Source: an uncultured bacterium (GTDB taxonomy: Bacteria; Oederibacteriota; Oederibacteriia; Oederibacteriales; Oederibacteriaceae). Taken from it: a DNA stretch of 64,000 bases. The notes under the pieces were generated by a model. That model was not told the DNA's origin. It searched no databases and saw only the letters and a list, made by a program, of their open reading frames with translations. How positions within the stretch are numbered: the first letter of the stretch is position 1; each line of letters begins with the position of its first letter. The position numbers were made by a program, and so were the translations under genes. The stretch covers positions 1,248,001 to 1,312,000 of the forward strand of contig OZ218778.1 in assembly GCA_965112635.1 (NCBI GenBank), in the 5' to 3' direction. Shown here one piece after another: positions 1 through 9,552 of this stretch.

Positions 1-1203
1 GAGCCCTACGGCAAGAACTGCAACCAGGTTTACTGGTATTTGACCGAGCCCCTGGACCAGGCCTTGGTGGAAAACCTGGGCAACCAGGAGCCGGGCGCAG
101 CCAAAAAAAGGATCCTGGAGCTGTTAAATGTCGCGGTGGCCAAAACCAATGAGAAAATGATCGGCATCATCGCGCCGGAAAAAGAAAGATTCAGGAGGCA
201 GGTCGCTTTTGTGGTTGCCGCGGTCATTGTCCTGACCTTTTGCCTGGCTTTCTGGTATCTGATGAAAATTTTCACCCCGGAAGGCGTGAAATCCAGCTGG
301 GGATTCAAAAAATACTGGGCCGCCTATCTTTTATTGGTGCCGGGCGTTCTGGGCATGGCTGTCTGGAACTACCTGCCCACGTTGCGGGGAGCCCTGATCG
401 CTTTTATGAACTACCGGATCATGGGAGGCAGCGCCTTCGTTGGGCTCGATAATTTTGCCAACGTCCTGTTTGACCCGGTTTTCTGGGACACCCTGGGGCA
501 CAGCCTTTATTACGCCTTTATCAGCCTGGTGCTCGGTTTTTGCGCTCCCATCATCCTGGGGCTAATGCTCCATGAAATCCCCAGAGGTAAAGTGTTTTTC
601 AGGATCATTTTCTATTTACCGGCCGTAGTCAGCACGATCGTGGTCGTTTTCCTGTGGAAAAGTTTTTATGACCCTTCGCCGTACGGCCTGTTGAATCAGC
701 TATTGAGGATCTTTTCCTTTGGTCTTATCTCTAACCAGGGCTGGCTCACGGACCCCAAGTGGGCCATGCTGAGCGTCGTCATCCCCATCGTGTGGGCCGG
801 TATGGGGGCCGGCTCGCTCTTATACCTGGCGGCTTTAAAGACCGTGCCCGAGGAGCTCTACGAGGCGGCCGAGGTCGACGGCGCCAATGTCTGGCAAAAA
901 ATGTGGAGCGTCACCTTTCCGACCATCAAACCCCTGATCATCATCAGTTTCGTGGGCGCGTTCATCGGGGCCTTCCGGGCCAGCGATTTTATTCTGGCCA
1001 TGACCGGCGGCGGACCGGCCGGGGCCACCAAGGTATTAGACCTGCAGATCTATTATAGTGCTTTTATGTACCTGCAGTTCGGTCCGGCCACGGCCATGGC
1101 CTGGATCCTCGGATTCCTTTTGATCGGATTCACGGTCTATCAAATGCGGCGGCTGAGCAATATGCAGTTCAGGTCCGCCGGTGACGAAGGGAAAGGCAAA
1201 TAA
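1..1203 (+). CDS. Carbohydrate ABC transporter permease (MalF/UgpA-like), 5'-truncated by the window edge
   Basis: The frame is open from base 1 (EPYGKNCNQVYWYLTEPLDQ...). Contains FVGLDNF, the EAA loop (ELYEAAEVDGANVWQK...TFPTIKP) and multiple TM helices. Confidence 0.9.
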   Translation, partial: EPYGKNCNQVYWYLTEPLDQALVENLGNQEPGAAKKRILELLNVAVAKTNEKMIGIIAPEKERFRRQVAFVVAAVIVLTFCLAFWYLMKIFTPEGVKSSWGFKKYWAAYLLLVPGVLGMAVWNYLPTLRGALIAFMNYRIMGGSAFVGLDNFANVLFDPVFWDTLGHSLYYAFISLVLGFCAPIILGLMLHEIPRGKVFFRIIFYLPAVVSTIVVVFLWKSFYDPSPYGLLNQLLRIFSFGLISNQGWLTDPKWAMLSVVIPIVWAGMGAGSLLYLAALKTVPEELYEAAEVDGANVWQKMWSVTFPTIKPLIIISFVGAFIGAFRASDFILAMTGGGPAGATKVLDLQIYYSAFMYLQFGPATAMAWILGFLLIGFTVYQMRRLSNMQFRSAGDEGKGK

Positions 1204-1205
1204 CC

Positions 1206-3083
1206 ATGAGCCTGTTGAATACCACCCGACATCTGGACAGGGAAACCAAGATCTACCTGTTGATCATTTATATCTTCCTTGTCCTGGGGGGGATCACCAT
1301 GGTCTATCCTTTCCTCATCATGATATCGGGCTCTTTTAAGAGCGACGTGGACGTATACCAGTTCGACGCTGTCCCCGCCTACTTTTTCAGCGATACGGTG
1401 CTTTTTACCAAATATCTGGAGGCGAAATATAACGAGGGGATCGCTACTTACAATATGTGTAACCGGGAAAATGAATACGCCTTCAAGCAGATCCAGCCTC
1501 CTGCCAAGATCCACGAGAAAAAGATCGCAGATTGGCAGGAGTTCCTGGCCACGGCTCGGCTGCCTTTGGATTACAGCTCCCTGGGATTTTCCTCCTCCCT
1601 GAACAACCGCATGCTCCCAGAAATGGGAAGGAAATACAGGGATTGGATGGAGAAAAAATACGACGGTTCCATAGAGCTTTACGATAAAAAATACGGGGAC
1701 CGCGCTGTTTCCTGGCTCTCCCTTCATTACCCCATCGCGGCTCCTCCAGGGTCGTCTTTGTACCAAGCCGCCAAGGAGTTCCAGGCCCAACAGCCCTTAG
1801 GCGACTATTTTCTGCCATCCTTGGACGGATTTTATATCCAGGGATTCCTTCAATATAAATACGGGACGAAAATAGAAAATTACAACAAGGCCCACAGCAC
1901 CCATTACCAAAGCTACGATGAAATTTATCTGCCCCGCACAGCCCCCGCCAAGGGAAAAGTACAGACAGAGTGGCTGGAGTTCGTCAAGGAGTTGGGTTCC
2001 ACGGCGATCTTTGGTAATTCGACCCAGTTCCTTAGAGTTAGCCAGGAGGCCAAACCGGAATTCTCCCGTTATCTCAGCGCCAGGTATGAAGGGAAGCTAG
2101 CCCTTTTGAACAAGTCCTACGCCAGCCATTACCAAAAGTTCAGCGCAGTTCCTTTCCCCCAGGATGTCCTGGCTCCCAGCAACCAGCTGGTGGACTGGAA
2201 ACTATTTATCAACAGCGTATCCCCGAAATACCTCAGCCTGACGGGCCCGGATTTCCTGTGGCGGAACTTTTTAAAGCGCAAGTACGGGGACCGGCTGAGC
2301 CGGCTCAACCAGGCCCACGGGGAGACCTATGCCTCATTTGGAAAGATACCCCTGCCGACCCAGGAAGCGGATTACCAGGATATGCTTGGCCGTTCCCGGG
2401 CGCTGCGCTGGGAATTCATGACCCGTAATTACCGGTACGTTTTCGACTACCTTCTCTTCCACGGCAGGGCCGTATGGAACACCTTTGTCTTTTGCATCCT
2501 GGCCATTGTGATCGTCCTGATCGTGAACCCGCTGGCGGCCTATGCCATGAGCAGGTTCAGCCTGCCTTCCACCTACAAGATCCTCCTGTTCTTGCTGGCT
2601 CCCATGGCTTTCCCGGCCATGGTCACCCTGATCCCTAATTTTCTCCTGCTCAAAGAGCTCAATCTGCTCAACACTTTTTGGGCCCTGGTCCTGCCCGGGA
2701 TGACGAATGGCTTTTCTATTTTCCTGCTCAAAGGGTATTTTGACAGCTTGCCCCGGGAGATCTATGAGGCGGCGCAGATCGACGGAGCCGGGGAGTGGGT
2801 CATGTTCTGGAACCTGACCATGAACCTCTCCAAGCCCATCCTCGGCGTCATCGCCCTGAGCGTGTTCACGGGTGCTTACGGGGCCTTTATGTTCGCTTTT
2901 ACCGTTTGCCAGGACCAGAGCATGTGGACCATCAGTGTCTGGCTTTATCAGATGCAGCAATACAACGTGCACCAATCCGTCATATTTGCCGCCCTGCTGG
3001 TGGCTTCCATGCCTACTTTTGTGGTCTTTATACTGTGCCAGCGCATCATTATCCGGGGTATCGTCATTCCCATAGAAAAATGA
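1206..3083 (+). CDS. Carbohydrate ABC transporter permease (MalG-like) with a large extracytoplasmic insertion
   Basis: N-terminal YPFLIMISGSFKS and a C-terminal permease domain with EAA motif (EIYEAAQIDGAGE). About 370 hydrophilic residues lie between them. Confidence 0.9.
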   Translation: MSLLNTTRHLDRETKIYLLIIYIFLVLGGITMVYPFLIMISGSFKSDVDVYQFDAVPAYFFSDTVLFTKYLEAKYNEGIATYNMCNRENEYAFKQIQPPAKIHEKKIADWQEFLATARLPLDYSSLGFSSSLNNRMLPEMGRKYRDWMEKKYDGSIELYDKKYGDRAVSWLSLHYPIAAPPGSSLYQAAKEFQAQQPLGDYFLPSLDGFYIQGFLQYKYGTKIENYNKAHSTHYQSYDEIYLPRTAPAKGKVQTEWLEFVKELGSTAIFGNSTQFLRVSQEAKPEFSRYLSARYEGKLALLNKSYASHYQKFSAVPFPQDVLAPSNQLVDWKLFINSVSPKYLSLTGPDFLWRNFLKRKYGDRLSRLNQAHGETYASFGKIPLPTQEADYQDMLGRSRALRWEFMTRNYRYVFDYLLFHGRAVWNTFVFCILAIVIVLIVNPLAAYAMSRFSLPSTYKILLFLLAPMAFPAMVTLIPNFLLLKELNLLNTFWALVLPGMTNGFSIFLLKGYFDSLPREIYEAAQIDGAGEWVMFWNLTMNLSKPILGVIALSVFTGAYGAFMFAFTVCQDQSMWTISVWLYQMQQYNVHQSVIFAALLVASMPTFVVFILCQRIIIRGIVIPIEK

Positions 3084-3118
3084 CCTTATCGAATGAAAAA
3101 TATTAGGAGGCTAATCTT

Positions 3119-3772
3119 ATGAAATTATTCATCGATTCAGCGAACCTCAAAGAGATCAAAGAAATCAGCGACTGGGGCATCCTGGACGGGGTCACGACCA
3201 ACCCCTCCCTGGTGGCCAAGGAAGGCAAGAGTTACCACGAAGTGGTCCGGGAGATCTGCTCCCTCGTGGACGGGCCGATCAGCGCCGAGGTCATCAGCAC
3301 GGACCATCACGGCATGCTCAAAGAGGCCGAGATCCTCACCGGCATCCACCCCAACGTGACCGTCAAGGTGCCCTGCATTCCGGAGGGGCTCAAGGCGGCC
3401 AAGGTCCTGTCCAGCCTGGGCGTCAAGACCAACGTGACCCTGGTCTTTTCTCCCAGCCAGGCCCTGCTGGCGGCCAAGGCCGGGGCCACTTTTGTGAGCG
3501 TGTTCGTGGGCAGGATGGACGACATCAGCGAGGAGAGCCGGGAGGTCATCCGCGATTGCGTCACGATCTTCAAAAATTACGATTTTAAATCCGATCTTTT
3601 GGTGGCGAGCATCCGCCATCCCCTGCATATCGTGGAGGCGGCCCTGTGCGGAGCGCAGGCGGCGACCGCCCCTTTTAAAGTATTGGAGCAGCTCATCAAA
3701 CATCCCCTGACCGACGCGGGCCTCCAGAAGTTCCTAGAAGACGCCAAGAAGATCCCGAAAACGGGGAAATGA
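3119..3772 (+). CDS. tal: Transaldolase (small FSA/TalC-type family)
   Basis: [21 protein letters not shown] (Glu), Schiff-base Lys in VTVKVP, and FVGR (Phe, as in transaldolases). SD aggagg upstream. Confidence 0.9.
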   Translation: MKLFIDSANLKEIKEISDWGILDGVTTNPSLVAKEGKSYHEVVREICSLVDGPISAEVISTDHHGMLKEAEILTGIHPNVTVKVPCIPEGLKAAKVLSSLGVKTNVTLVFSPSQALLAAKAGATFVSVFVGRMDDISEESREVIRDCVTIFKNYDFKSDLLVASIRHPLHIVEAALCGAQAATAPFKVLEQLIKHPLTDAGLQKFLEDAKKIPKTGK

Positions 3773-5163
3773 ACGTGGCAGAAAAATATCAGATCGCGGT
3801 CCTGGGAGCCGGGCCGGGCGGTTACGTGGCGGCCCTGAGAGCCGGCCAGATGGGGGCGAAGGTCGCCCTCATTGAAAAACTAGAAGTGGGCGGCACCTGC
3901 CTGCAGCGGGGCTGCGTCCCCTCCAAAGTCCTCCTGGCCACCGCCACCCTGTTCCACCAGATCAAGAACCAGGCCCGCTCTTTCGGGGTCACGGTCGCAG
4001 AACCCCAGCTCAATATCGCGGATATGATGAGACGCAAGAACAAGGTCGTCCGGCAGCGTACCCTGGGCCTCCAAGCGCTCCTCCAGGACCGGAAGGTTGA
4101 TGTGATCTACGGCCAGGGGATCTTGGCCTCGGCCCACCGGATAGAGGTCCAAAAGAACGACGGGGGACAGGCCAGCGTGGAAGCCGACAAGGTCATCGTT
4201 GCCTCGGGGTCCGAGCCGAGCCAGCCCTCTTTTTTTCCTTTTAACGGCAAGACCGTCATCACGAGCAACGAAGCCCTGGAGCTAAAAGAGATCCCGGCCT
4301 CCTGTATCATCGTGGGAGCCGGGGCCATCGGCTGCGAATTCACCACCCTGCTCGCCTGCATGGGCTGCCGCGTCACCCTGGTGGAAAAACTCCCCCAGGT
4401 CATGCCCCAGACCGACCCGGAGAACGCCGCCTTTTTGGAAAAACACCTGAACAAGCTGGGCGTGCAGGTCAGGACCGGCGTTTCCGTGGACAAGATCGAG
4501 GCCCCGGAGAACGGCCCGGTCAAGGCCTGGCTGTCCGGGGCGGAGGCCGTGGAGGCCAGCCTGATGCTGGTGGCCATCGGCCGAAGCCTGAACATCAAAG
4601 GCATCGGCCTGGAAAAGGCCGGGGTCGAGGTGATCGAGGGAAGGGTCAGGGTCAACTCAAAACTGGAAACCAATGTTACCGGCGTGTATGCGGTGGGGGA
4701 TATCACAGGGCAGATACTCCTGGCACACAGCGCCTCGGCCCAAGGGCATGCCGCGGCGGAGAACGCTTTGGGAGGGAAAAGCGAGTTCCACCAGGACCTG
4801 GTGCCCCTTTGCGCCTATACCTGGCCGGAGATCGCTTCCGTGGGCCTGACCGAAAAAGAAGCGCAGCAAAAGGGTTTGACCTTTAAGATCGGCAGGTTCC
4901 CGTTCTTCGCGTCCAGCAAGGCCCAGGCCGAAGGGGATGCCCAGGGACAGGTCAAGATCATCGCCGAGAGCAAGACAGACAAACTGCTGGGGTTCCATCT
5001 GGTGGGGCCGCACGCCACAGAGCTCGTCCACGAGGGAGCTCTAGCGCTCAAGGCCGGATTAAAAGCCGGGGATGTGGCGGACATGATCCACGCCCACCCG
5101 ACCCTGTCCGAAGCTATAGGTGAAGCGGCCAGCGCCCTGCTGGGCAAGCCGTTGCATATCTAA
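3769..5163 (+). CDS. lpdA: Dihydrolipoyl dehydrogenase (E3)
   Basis: GAGPGG FAD motif, [13 protein letters not shown] redox disulfide, GAGAIG NAD motif and HAHPTLSE. Confidence 0.95.
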   Translation: MNVAEKYQIAVLGAGPGGYVAALRAGQMGAKVALIEKLEVGGTCLQRGCVPSKVLLATATLFHQIKNQARSFGVTVAEPQLNIADMMRRKNKVVRQRTLGLQALLQDRKVDVIYGQGILASAHRIEVQKNDGGQASVEADKVIVASGSEPSQPSFFPFNGKTVITSNEALELKEIPASCIIVGAGAIGCEFTTLLACMGCRVTLVEKLPQVMPQTDPENAAFLEKHLNKLGVQVRTGVSVDKIEAPENGPVKAWLSGAEAVEASLMLVAIGRSLNIKGIGLEKAGVEVIEGRVRVNSKLETNVTGVYAVGDITGQILLAHSASAQGHAAAENALGGKSEFHQDLVPLCAYTWPEIASVGLTEKEAQQKGLTFKIGRFPFFASSKAQAEGDAQGQVKIIAESKTDKLLGFHLVGPHATELVHEGALALKAGLKAGDVADMIHAHPTLSEAIGEAASALLGKPLHI

Positions 5164-5180
5164 AAGGAGGCTGATTTTCC

Positions 5181-6113
5181 ATGAGCGTTTGCGGGTATCT
5201 TTACCCAGGGCAGGGGTCCCAAAAGGTCGGGATGGGCAAGGAGTTTTACAGCCAGGTCATTTCCATACGGCCGTTGTTCGAAACGGCTGAAAAAGCGACC
5301 GGCCTCAAGCTTCTCAGGCTCTGCTTCTACGGGCCCGCGGAGGACCTCAACAACCCCTTGGTTTCCGAGCTCTGCGTATTCCTCATCGATGTGATCACTG
5401 CCGAAGTTTTGAAACACAAAAGGCTACGGCCCCAGGCCCAGTTCGGGGCGGGAGCCGGGCTTTACGCGGCCCTGGTCGTGGCCGAAGTCCTGACCCTCAC
5501 GGAGGCCGTGGGCCTGCTCAAGCAGCGGGTGGAGCTGATCCAGGAAGAGGCCAAAAAATATGACAGCGTGATGATCCAGATCGTCGGCCTCACCGATTCC
5601 GAACTGGAACACCTGCTCATGGAGGTCCAGCTGGAGGGAAGGCTGGAAATAGCCTTTAAAATGGCGGATAAATACTTCACCCTGGCCGGAGAACGCAACG
5701 CCCTCAAAAAGTTCATCGGTTTGGCCAAAGCCTACCCGGAATGCAAGGCGCAGGGGCTGGTCCAGGGAGCGGCCTACCACAGTTCCTTGCTGGACCAGGC
5801 CACGGATAAGATGAGATCCCTGGTGCAGTCCGTGAGATTCCAGCCCATCAAGATATCCACCATCAACCCCGGCAAAGGCGAGTATTTTAACAGCGTGGAC
5901 GAGGTTAAAAAGGCCCTGTGCGAGGAATTCACCCACGCGGTCGATTTTGAAAAGGGCATCAACCGGTTAAAGCAGGACGGATGCTTCACCATGGTGGAGA
6001 CCGGGCCTGGGCAGATGCTGGGACAACTGGTCAGGAGGATAGACCGGGGCATCCGCATCCTCAACTGCGAGGACGCCAAGAGCCTGGCCCTGACCCTCAA
6101 GCTGGCGGAGTAA
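5181..6113 (+). CDS. FabD-like (malonyl-CoA:ACP transacylase fold) protein lacking the catalytic Ser
   Basis: YPGQGSQ, AYHS and ETGPG motifs are present. The GHSxG position reads GAGAG. Confidence 0.8.
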   Translation: MSVCGYLYPGQGSQKVGMGKEFYSQVISIRPLFETAEKATGLKLLRLCFYGPAEDLNNPLVSELCVFLIDVITAEVLKHKRLRPQAQFGAGAGLYAALVVAEVLTLTEAVGLLKQRVELIQEEAKKYDSVMIQIVGLTDSELEHLLMEVQLEGRLEIAFKMADKYFTLAGERNALKKFIGLAKAYPECKAQGLVQGAAYHSSLLDQATDKMRSLVQSVRFQPIKISTINPGKGEYFNSVDEVKKALCEEFTHAVDFEKGINRLKQDGCFTMVETGPGQMLGQLVRRIDRGIRILNCEDAKSLALTLKLAE

Positions 6114-6196
6114 ACTTCCCCGCCCTAAAGGCCGGGGTTTTCTCGGCAGTAGTCATAGCCTTACCGGACCGCTAGTCCAATCATTCCCTGGACACG

Positions 6197-6237
6197 AAAA
6201 AAGGAGTTCCCCGACGAGTGCGGGGAACTCCTTTTTT
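6197..6237. terminator. Bidirectional intrinsic terminator
   Basis: Perfect 17-bp inverted repeat AAAAAAGGAGTTCCCCG / CGGGGAACTCCTTTTTT with a 7-nt loop, between convergent genes. Confidence 0.9.
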
Positions 6238-6255
6238 GTTTATTGGATCGCTTGG

Positions 6256-6783
6256 TTATTTCTTAAGGTCGTGTTTCAAGTCTTTGATATCGTGCCGGCG
6301 GTTCTTCCTGTCGCTTTTGAGATCTTTCCAGTCCTGGTGGCGGTCCTTGAGGTCTTTCCTGAGGTCCTTGAGGTCCTGCTTGCGGTCCTTTAGGTTTTTG
6401 GCCAGGTCTTTGAGGTCCATCTTACGGTCGGACAGGTCTTTTTTCAGGCCAGCCAGAGCCGCGTCCAGAGCCTGGGTGTTGCCGCTTTTGCGGGCGTCCC
6501 TGATGGCGTCCATATCTTTGCGCAAGGCCGCGTCGTCCTGACGGACATCCTTGGCGTCCTTGGCGATATCCTTATGGTCCGCCTTGACACCCTTCGCGTC
6601 GGAATGGATGTCCTTTGTTTCTTGACCGATATCCTTTTTATCCTGGTGGATATCCTTGGTGTCCTGCTTGATGTCTTTGACGTCGCTGTTGACGTCTTGA
6701 CCCCAGGATTGCGGAGCCGCCCATATAACCAGGCCCGCGACCAGCGTTAAACCGACCAATTTCTGTGACATTTTCATAGCCAT
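6256..6783 (-). CDS. Secreted Asp/Lys-rich heptad-repeat protein
   Basis: Signal peptide followed by 7-residue repeats (KDIKQDT, KDIHQDK, KDLKDLR...). SD aggagg upstream on the minus strand. Confidence 0.8.
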   Translation of the reverse strand: MAMKMSQKLVGLTLVAGLVIWAAPQSWGQDVNSDVKDIKQDTKDIHQDKKDIGQETKDIHSDAKGVKADHKDIAKDAKDVRQDDAALRKDMDAIRDARKSGNTQALDAALAGLKKDLSDRKMDLKDLAKNLKDRKQDLKDLRKDLKDRHQDWKDLKSDRKNRRHDIKDLKHDLKK

Positions 6784-6910
6784 TTCCTCCTTTTAAAATT
6801 ATTGAAGGCTACTCCTAAGATTTTAGGAAAATACCTTTTGGGGCCTTCTGTCAAAATAAACAAACCATGGCTCAAAAAAATTTCATCCCCATGGGGAAAT
6901 GAGCCTTAGT

Positions 6911-8036
6911 TCATGGATCTATTTTAGTCACGATCTCGTTGGAAAAGGCGGTTCGCGTGGAGCCTTTGAAATAATAGACACCCTTGGCGCTATTTTGCGC
7001 AAAAGTCCCTTCAGAATTCGGCGGTCCCGGTTTTTCTTTTAGTGAATAAAGCAGTTCACCTTCATCGCCCCGGTGCAGGGGACCCGGTATTTTGAACAAC
7101 ACCTGATCGCCGGCCGCGTTAAAAGTCCCGCCCTGACCCGCGCTGACCTGCTGCAAGAAGGAGGGGATTGCATCGATGACCGTAAATCCGGCTTTGAGGT
7201 TTTGCGTGACAGACCAGTTGATCTTATAGATAAAGAACTGCTCGCCGGTATCTTGGTAACTGACGGAAAGGGTTTTGTGCAGGACAAGTTCAGAAGAGTT
7301 AGAAAGTTTTGCTTCAGGGGTTCTGGCCGGCCTGGGGGTGAAGGTCAAGGTGAAAGGGACCGGAGACAAAGTCTCCGCGACTGTGGAGGTTGGCGTCGGC
7401 GGGAAGGGTGTGAAGGTCAGCGTGGGCTGACTGGTCGGTGTTCCGGTCAGGGTCGGGGTCGGGAAGACAGGGACAGGGGTGCGGGTGGGGGTCGCGGACC
7501 AAGGCGTGAAGCGTGGGGTTAGGCTCATTGCCGATCCGGGTCAGGTCGTAGGGCTCGCTCCATTCCCTGCTGATGACCGTGCAGTCGTCAGGGTCAATAT
7601 GGGTGATCTGGAACCGGAAGGTGATCCTGTTGAAGTTCGGACTGATATAGCCGTTCGCTGCGGGAAAGTACTTGTCACCCTGACATTTCCTGATTCCTTC
7701 GGGATCCAGAGTCTCGGCGGTAAAACGGACAATGGAACCGGTCAGGGTCAGGCCGCTGACCTGGAACATTCCGCAGACCAGGCCGGGCCGGTAACCCAGG
7801 GAAAATTCCTCCGCGGTCGGCGTGACCGAGATGAGCAAGGCTTCGCTTCCGCTGGCCTGGAATTGCATGGCAGCGCCTTTGGGGAAATACCACTCTTTTT
7901 TATTTTGGGTATGCCACGGCCCTTCCAATTTTTTGGCCGCGTCCTCGTCCGTCCCGGAAAAAAGAAACGGCGGGTTGAGGCTAAGCGCCAAAATAAAGAT
8001 AAAAAGGAAAATTTTTTGTTCTATGGGAAGCCGCAA
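6911..8036 (-). pseudogene. Frameshifted secreted protein: N-domain, Thr/Pro linker, DUF11-like C-domain
   Basis: ORFs 7314-8036 and 6911-7528 join into one coherent protein of about 374 aa (...IGNEP-TPRFTPWSATPT...) if one base at 7519-7520 is removed. Confidence 0.65.
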
Positions 8037-8231
8037 ATCATTCCTCCCTGGAAAAAATGAAAAGGCCCGCCAATATTCGAGCGGATTTGATTATAAAGGG
8101 TTGTGGAGCCGGGCGGGCAATTTTTCTTGGCCATATCGCTCCAAAACCAGGCTTGAGAAACAGCAGGGGATTAGCTAATATTTAGTGAGAAGAAGGGAAC
8201 AGCGTTAAATTGACTGAAAAAGGAGTTTCCC

Positions 8232-8561
8232 ATGAGCAACCTTCCCCAAGTCGGAGACGATAATTTTAAAGAAGAGATCCTGGACCATAAAGGCGTGGCC
8301 ATGGTCGATTTTTGGGCGGCCTGGTGCGCGCCTTGCCGGATGCTCACCCCCATCGTGGAAGAGCTGGCCTCGGTCTTCCAGGGCAAGATCAAGATCGTCA
8401 GCCTGGACGTGGATGCCAGCACGGGCATCGCCTCCCAGTACGGCATCCAGGCTATCCCCACCCTGCTGATCTTCAAGAACGGCACGGTCATTGAGCAGGT
8501 CGTCGGAATGCAGTCCAAAGATGTCCTCACGGCCAAGCTGGAACAGGCCCTCACCAAGTAA
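8232..8561 (+). CDS. trxA: Thioredoxin
   Basis: VDFWAAWCAPCR and IPTL motifs; 109 aa; SD aaggag. Confidence 0.95.
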   Translation: MSNLPQVGDDNFKEEILDHKGVAMVDFWAAWCAPCRMLTPIVEELASVFQGKIKIVSLDVDASTGIASQYGIQAIPTLLIFKNGTVIEQVVGMQSKDVLTAKLEQALTK

Positions 8562-8562
8562 T

Positions 8563-9552
8563 ATGGCCAAATCTCCCAAGCTTTTAGCCGGTTGCGACCT
8601 GGGCGGCACCAATATCGTCAGCGCCGTGGTCACCTTGTCCGGCAAGATCCTGGCCAAGGACAAAAGGCCCACCGAAGCCTTCCGGGGCCAGGACACGGTC
8701 CTCAAGAACATCCGCGATTCCATCCATAGCGCCATCGCCCAGTCCGGGGTCCAGGTCAAGCAGCTGATGGCCGTGGGCGTGGGCTCTCCGGGCCCTTTGA
8801 ACACCACCCGGGGCGTCATCTACGAGACCCCCAACCTTCCTTTTAAGAAAGGCTTGGCCATCCGCAGCCTCCTGCAAAAACATTTCCCCTGCCCGGTCTT
8901 TTTGGAAAACGACGCCAACGCCGCGGCCTGGGGCGAGAAATGGGTAGGAGCGGCTAAATCCTGCGACGACGTCATCTGTCTGACCCTAGGCACCGGCGTA
9001 GGCGGGGGCATCATCCTGGACGGCAAGCTATGGCGGGGCAAGGACGACTCCGCGGCGGAACTCGGCCATATGATCCTTTTTCCCGGCGGGGTGCGTTGCA
9101 ACTGCGGCAACCAGGGGTGCCTGGAAAGTTACGCGTCAGCGACCGCCACGGCGCGCAGGGCCAGGGAGGCTGTGCAGAGCGGCCAGAAGACGGTCCTGAC
9201 CAGGCTTTCGCAGGGAGACCCGGCCAAGATCACCTCAGCCCTGGTCTACCAGGGTATTTTACAGGGGGACAAGTTGAGCAAAAAGATCATGGAGGACACG
9301 GGTAAATACCTCGGCATTGTCATCGGCACTCTTCTCAATATTTTAAACCCCCAGATCGTGGTCCTGTCCGGGGGCATGATATCCGCCGGACGCTGGCTTT
9401 TTGACCCCATCAGGGAAACAGCCAAAAAACACTGCTGGGCCGTGGCTTTTAAGCGCGCTCGCATCGTTCCCGCCCGGCTGGGCGATGACGCGGGAGTGAT
9501 TGGCGCGGCGGGCGTGGCCCTGGAAAGACTGAAAGAAAAAAAGCTTGCCTAA
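8563..9552 (+). CDS. ROK family sugar kinase (glucokinase-like)
   Basis: DLGGT, ENDANAAAWGE, GTGVGGG and ELGH...CNCGNQGCLE. Start placed at ATG 8563, just after the trxA stop. Confidence 0.9.
   Translation: MAKSPKLLAGCDLGGTNIVSAVVTLSGKILAKDKRPTEAFRGQDTVLKNIRDSIHSAIAQSGVQVKQLMAVGVGSPGPLNTTRGVIYETPNLPFKKGLAIRSLLQKHFPCPVFLENDANAAAWGEKWVGAAKSCDDVICLTLGTGVGGGIILDGKLWRGKDDSAAELGHMILFPGGVRCNCGNQGCLESYASATATARRAREAVQSGQKTVLTRLSQGDPAKITSALVYQGILQGDKLSKKIMEDTGKYLGIVIGTLLNILNPQIVVLSGGMISAGRWLFDPIRETAKKHCWAVAFKRARIVPARLGDDAGVIGAAGVALERLKEKKLA

Noticed and set aside
6218-6541. 107-aa + strand ORF rich in R/S/L/F
   Set aside because: Antisense shadow of the repetitive D/K-rich protein; it also starts inside the terminator.
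8064-8118. GCCCGCC/GGCGGGC inverted repeat in the divergent intergenic region
   Set aside because: Only 7-bp arms with a long spacer overlapping probable promoter sequence, and no recognisable RNA motif.
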